A stretch of DNA of 64,000 nt, taken from Ranitomeya imitator. Its lineage: Eukaryota. Both the position numbers and the translations under genes were made by a program. Under the pieces are notes generated by a model. That model was given only the letters and a program-made list of their open reading frames with translations, made no database searches and was not told the origin of the DNA. The DNA lies in contig NC_091284.1 of assembly GCF_032444005.1 (NCBI RefSeq), positions 640,150,001 to 640,214,000 on the forward strand. Direction: 5' to 3'. Numbering within the stretch: the first letter of the stretch is position 1; every line of letters begins with the position of its first letter. Below are positions 61,355 through 64,000 of this stretch, piece by piece.

Positions 61355-63673
61355 TAGTGATGTGTCGTTCGTGAACGAGCCGATACAAAGAGCCGGCTCC
61401 CTGCTGTGAATGAAAGGAGTCGGAGTCGGCTCTGCAGTGTGAGTAAGCTGAGTTTTTTTTTTTTTTTGCTTTCTTGGCAGGCACCTGCAGCTTGTCAGAC
61501 TGTGACTCATGTGGGAGGAGCAGTGAGGAGAGAAGTTGCTGTGGACTGTTTGTGAGTACTGGAGAAATTGTGCAGACAAGCACAGGACAGGGTGGATGGG
61601 AAAAGAAAAAAAAAGGGCTTCCTATTGTTAACCCTTCAGTGCCCCCAGACTTCAAGCATTAGTGTTACGCCATCCTTCAGTGCTGGCGTCAGGATTTGCG
61701 TTACCTTAGTCCCAAATAAAGATATACTTTACTGGCCTCATCCATGGCATACAATATATATATATGCAACACGTCCAACTATCAACCACAGTCGGATCCT
61801 TCAGACGGAACCTGAAAACTCATCTCTTCAGGAAAGCCTACAGCCTGCACTGACACCGCTGCTGCCTCATCACTATCGAAGCTACCGCCTCACTAACACC
61901 GGAGCTACCGCCTCACCAACACCGGAGCTACCGCCTCACCAACACCGGAGCTCCTGCAACCCTCAACCTACTGTCTCCTTCCCCATAATCCTGTAGAATG
62001 TAAGCCCGCAAGGGCAGGGTCCTCGCCCCTCTGTATCAGTCCGTCATTGTTAGTTTGTTTACTGTATGTGATATTTGTAACTTGTATGTAACCCCTTCTC
62101 ATGTACAGCACCATGGAATCAATGGTGCTATATAAATAAATAATAATAATATATATAGTGTGTATAGGAGGAGGACTCGGCAGATTGGTATCATAGTATT
62201 AGTCAGGACTGAGGAGGATTCAGGACAGGAACACTACAGGGAGGATGATGGATCAGTTGTTGCTGCTGAGGGTAGGGTAATAAGTAATATAAAGTGATTT
62301 TAGGCAGAACCTGCAGAGAGATCTAGTACAGCTCCAATCATATAGAGTTACGCTGGGTTCACACTTGCATATGTTGCAATCTGTGTGACAAAGGATGCAG
62401 ACGGATCCGTTTTTGTCTCCATTGATTTTCAGTGTTGACAGATGGGCCTTGGGTGTTCATCCAGTTGTTACCATTTTCCCACAGATCCGTGTGTCTGCAA
62501 ATTTTACCAGACACACAAAAACTTGTTGCAGTTTTGTGTTGTCTGAAAAACACGCAGGCACAGGGACACGGACGGACCCGTGGCTACATGTCTGGAATTA
62601 CCATGGAGCACGGATTCAGGACAACACAGATCCATATGATTCTGTATGCAGGGATCCGTTATGCGGAACGGAGCATGCTCAGAAGCAAGGTATGTGCTGT
62701 ATGGGAAAGTGATGAAACTGTATGGGAGCAGTATGCAGACATAATGTAGACTACATGCTGTGCTGTCATACAGTGAGCGGCCTCACTAGAACGGCTTGTG
62801 CCCTATGTTATAGCATGCTAACGTTAATAAAATGCATTGGGAGCCTGTATATAACATGAGGGCTCCTGGTTAGGGGCTGCACGGGTGGGGCTGCTTTCAC
62901 ACTTTCGCTTTGGTACGGTGCGTTGTGATGTGTAGCAATCCTGATGCATCCCTACACTTAACATAGGGACGCATGGACCTGCATTTGCATCAGGATCAGT
63001 ATGCATCAGGATTTCTCATGTGCTCCCAAAACGAAGCTTGTTGTGAATTTTGGGTGTTAAAAAAATCTGCAGACATCCTGGTACGTGGCAGCGCATCCAA
63101 AAAAACATATGATTGTCAATGTAGACCCTGAATCAGGATTCCTGCGTCTGATCTGCATGTGGATGTGATACTGCACATGCTCAGAGCCCCCATTTTTTTC
63201 CTTTCACCAATCTCTCCCCTCCCCCCTCTCCTGTTTCCCCTCTGCCCCAGAAGTCAGAATTTGACATTTCCAACCAAATCCTGATCAGGATGCAGTTCCA
63301 TGCGTTTGCCGAAAAAATACGGATGAAGATAAATTGTGTCATAGAGGGAATGACTACAGCAATGTACAAAAACCGCCACATATTAGAAAGTAATATGTTA
63401 ACTACAACCGAGTAGCAGAGGGGCCTGTTCACAAGAGCGAACAATCTGAGGAAACAGCAATGCTAAAAAAAACAGTCTGTACTGCTGCACTAGATACTTA
63501 TAGAGGTGTATAATGAGGCTTTCACTGTACAGGCAAACACCTGGAACCATAACAGTGTAAAACACATTTTTATTTTAAAAAAAGCCAGTTCGTGAGCCGA
63601 AAGAGCCGGCTCCTTATGGTGAGCGGAGCCGAAAGAACCGGATCACCAAAAAGAGCCGAACTGCCCATCAGTA
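61355..63673. mobile_element. Non-autonomous hAT element (2.3 kb including nested L2 and Harbinger-like fragments)
   Basis: TAGTGATG / CATCAGTA ends, 8-bp TSD CTAAGAAT (61347-61354 / 63674-63681), AAAGAGCCG subterminal repeats. Confidence 0.85.
61786..62150 (+). mobile_element. L2 LINE 3' end
   Basis: SFRRNLKTHLFRKAYSLH* C-terminus, 3' UTR, (AAT)n tail; 23-bp internal triplication. Confidence 0.88.
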
Positions 63674-64000
63674 CTAAGAATGCATTGAGCGTAGGACCTG
63701 CGATGACGTCGCGGTCACGTGACCGGTCGTGTCACCGCGACGTCATCGCAGGTCCTACGCTCAATGCATTCTTAGGAACGGAGGCTGCCGCTTGCACTGC
63801 TGAGAGCCGCGGGCCGTCCGAGGGTGAGTATATCATATCCATATTTTTTATTTTTATTCTTTACATGAGTATGGATCCCAGGGCCTGAAGGAGAGTCTCC
63901 TCTCCTCCAGACCCTGGGAACCATACGCACTGCACACGCCATATAAGATGACTGGGCGTATAAGATGACCCCCGTCTTATACGGCGGGTATATCCCAAAT

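Larger units (their letters stand above)
61100..64000. mobile_element. pogo-type MITE (61100-61354 plus 63674 to window end) split by a hAT element
   Basis: TA|CCATATTTTCCGGCGTGTAAG start; 63780-63940 is the inverse of 61170-61350; central palindrome 63677-63775. Confidence 0.7.

Overview
Vertebrate genomic DNA, most likely from a frog. This is inferred from the repeat landscape (T2/Kolobok and Harbinger MITEs, V-SINE, CR1/L2, Tc1/pogo, Helitrons) and cannot be confirmed from sequence alone. The window looks like a large intron or gene desert, mostly transposon-derived, with two N gaps (26525-26662, 49355-49490). I could not identify any host gene. Recognisable coding sequence is all transposon-derived: an open Tc1 DD34E transposase (46123-47145, -), a near-complete CR1 LINE (intact esterase ORF1, ORF2 with two nonsense codons), a chromoviral Gypsy RNaseH-integrase-chromodomain fragment, and decayed Tc1, pogo and Helitron remnants, often nested 3-4 deep. 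The most notable structures are: (1) two long fold-back insertions of unrelated sequence (35217-36046 and 38480-42148) with the same geometry: 13-14 bp TSD, an unpaired tail of exactly 49 nt, then a head-to-head inverted duplication. The second has a minimal hammerhead-ribozyme-like motif at its centre with a compensatory U3-A8 core, pointing to Penelope-like retroelements. (2) A third insertion with a long TSD in partial-tandem form (48054-48710). (3) An indel-free 33-nt/11-aa repeat array with synonymous-biased divergence (16760-17056, -), which is the best host-like coding signal here. (4) Octamer-bearing 126-bp tandem monomers at the CR1 5' end. (5) Modular Helitrons, one retaining a 23-aa STPR-like repeat.
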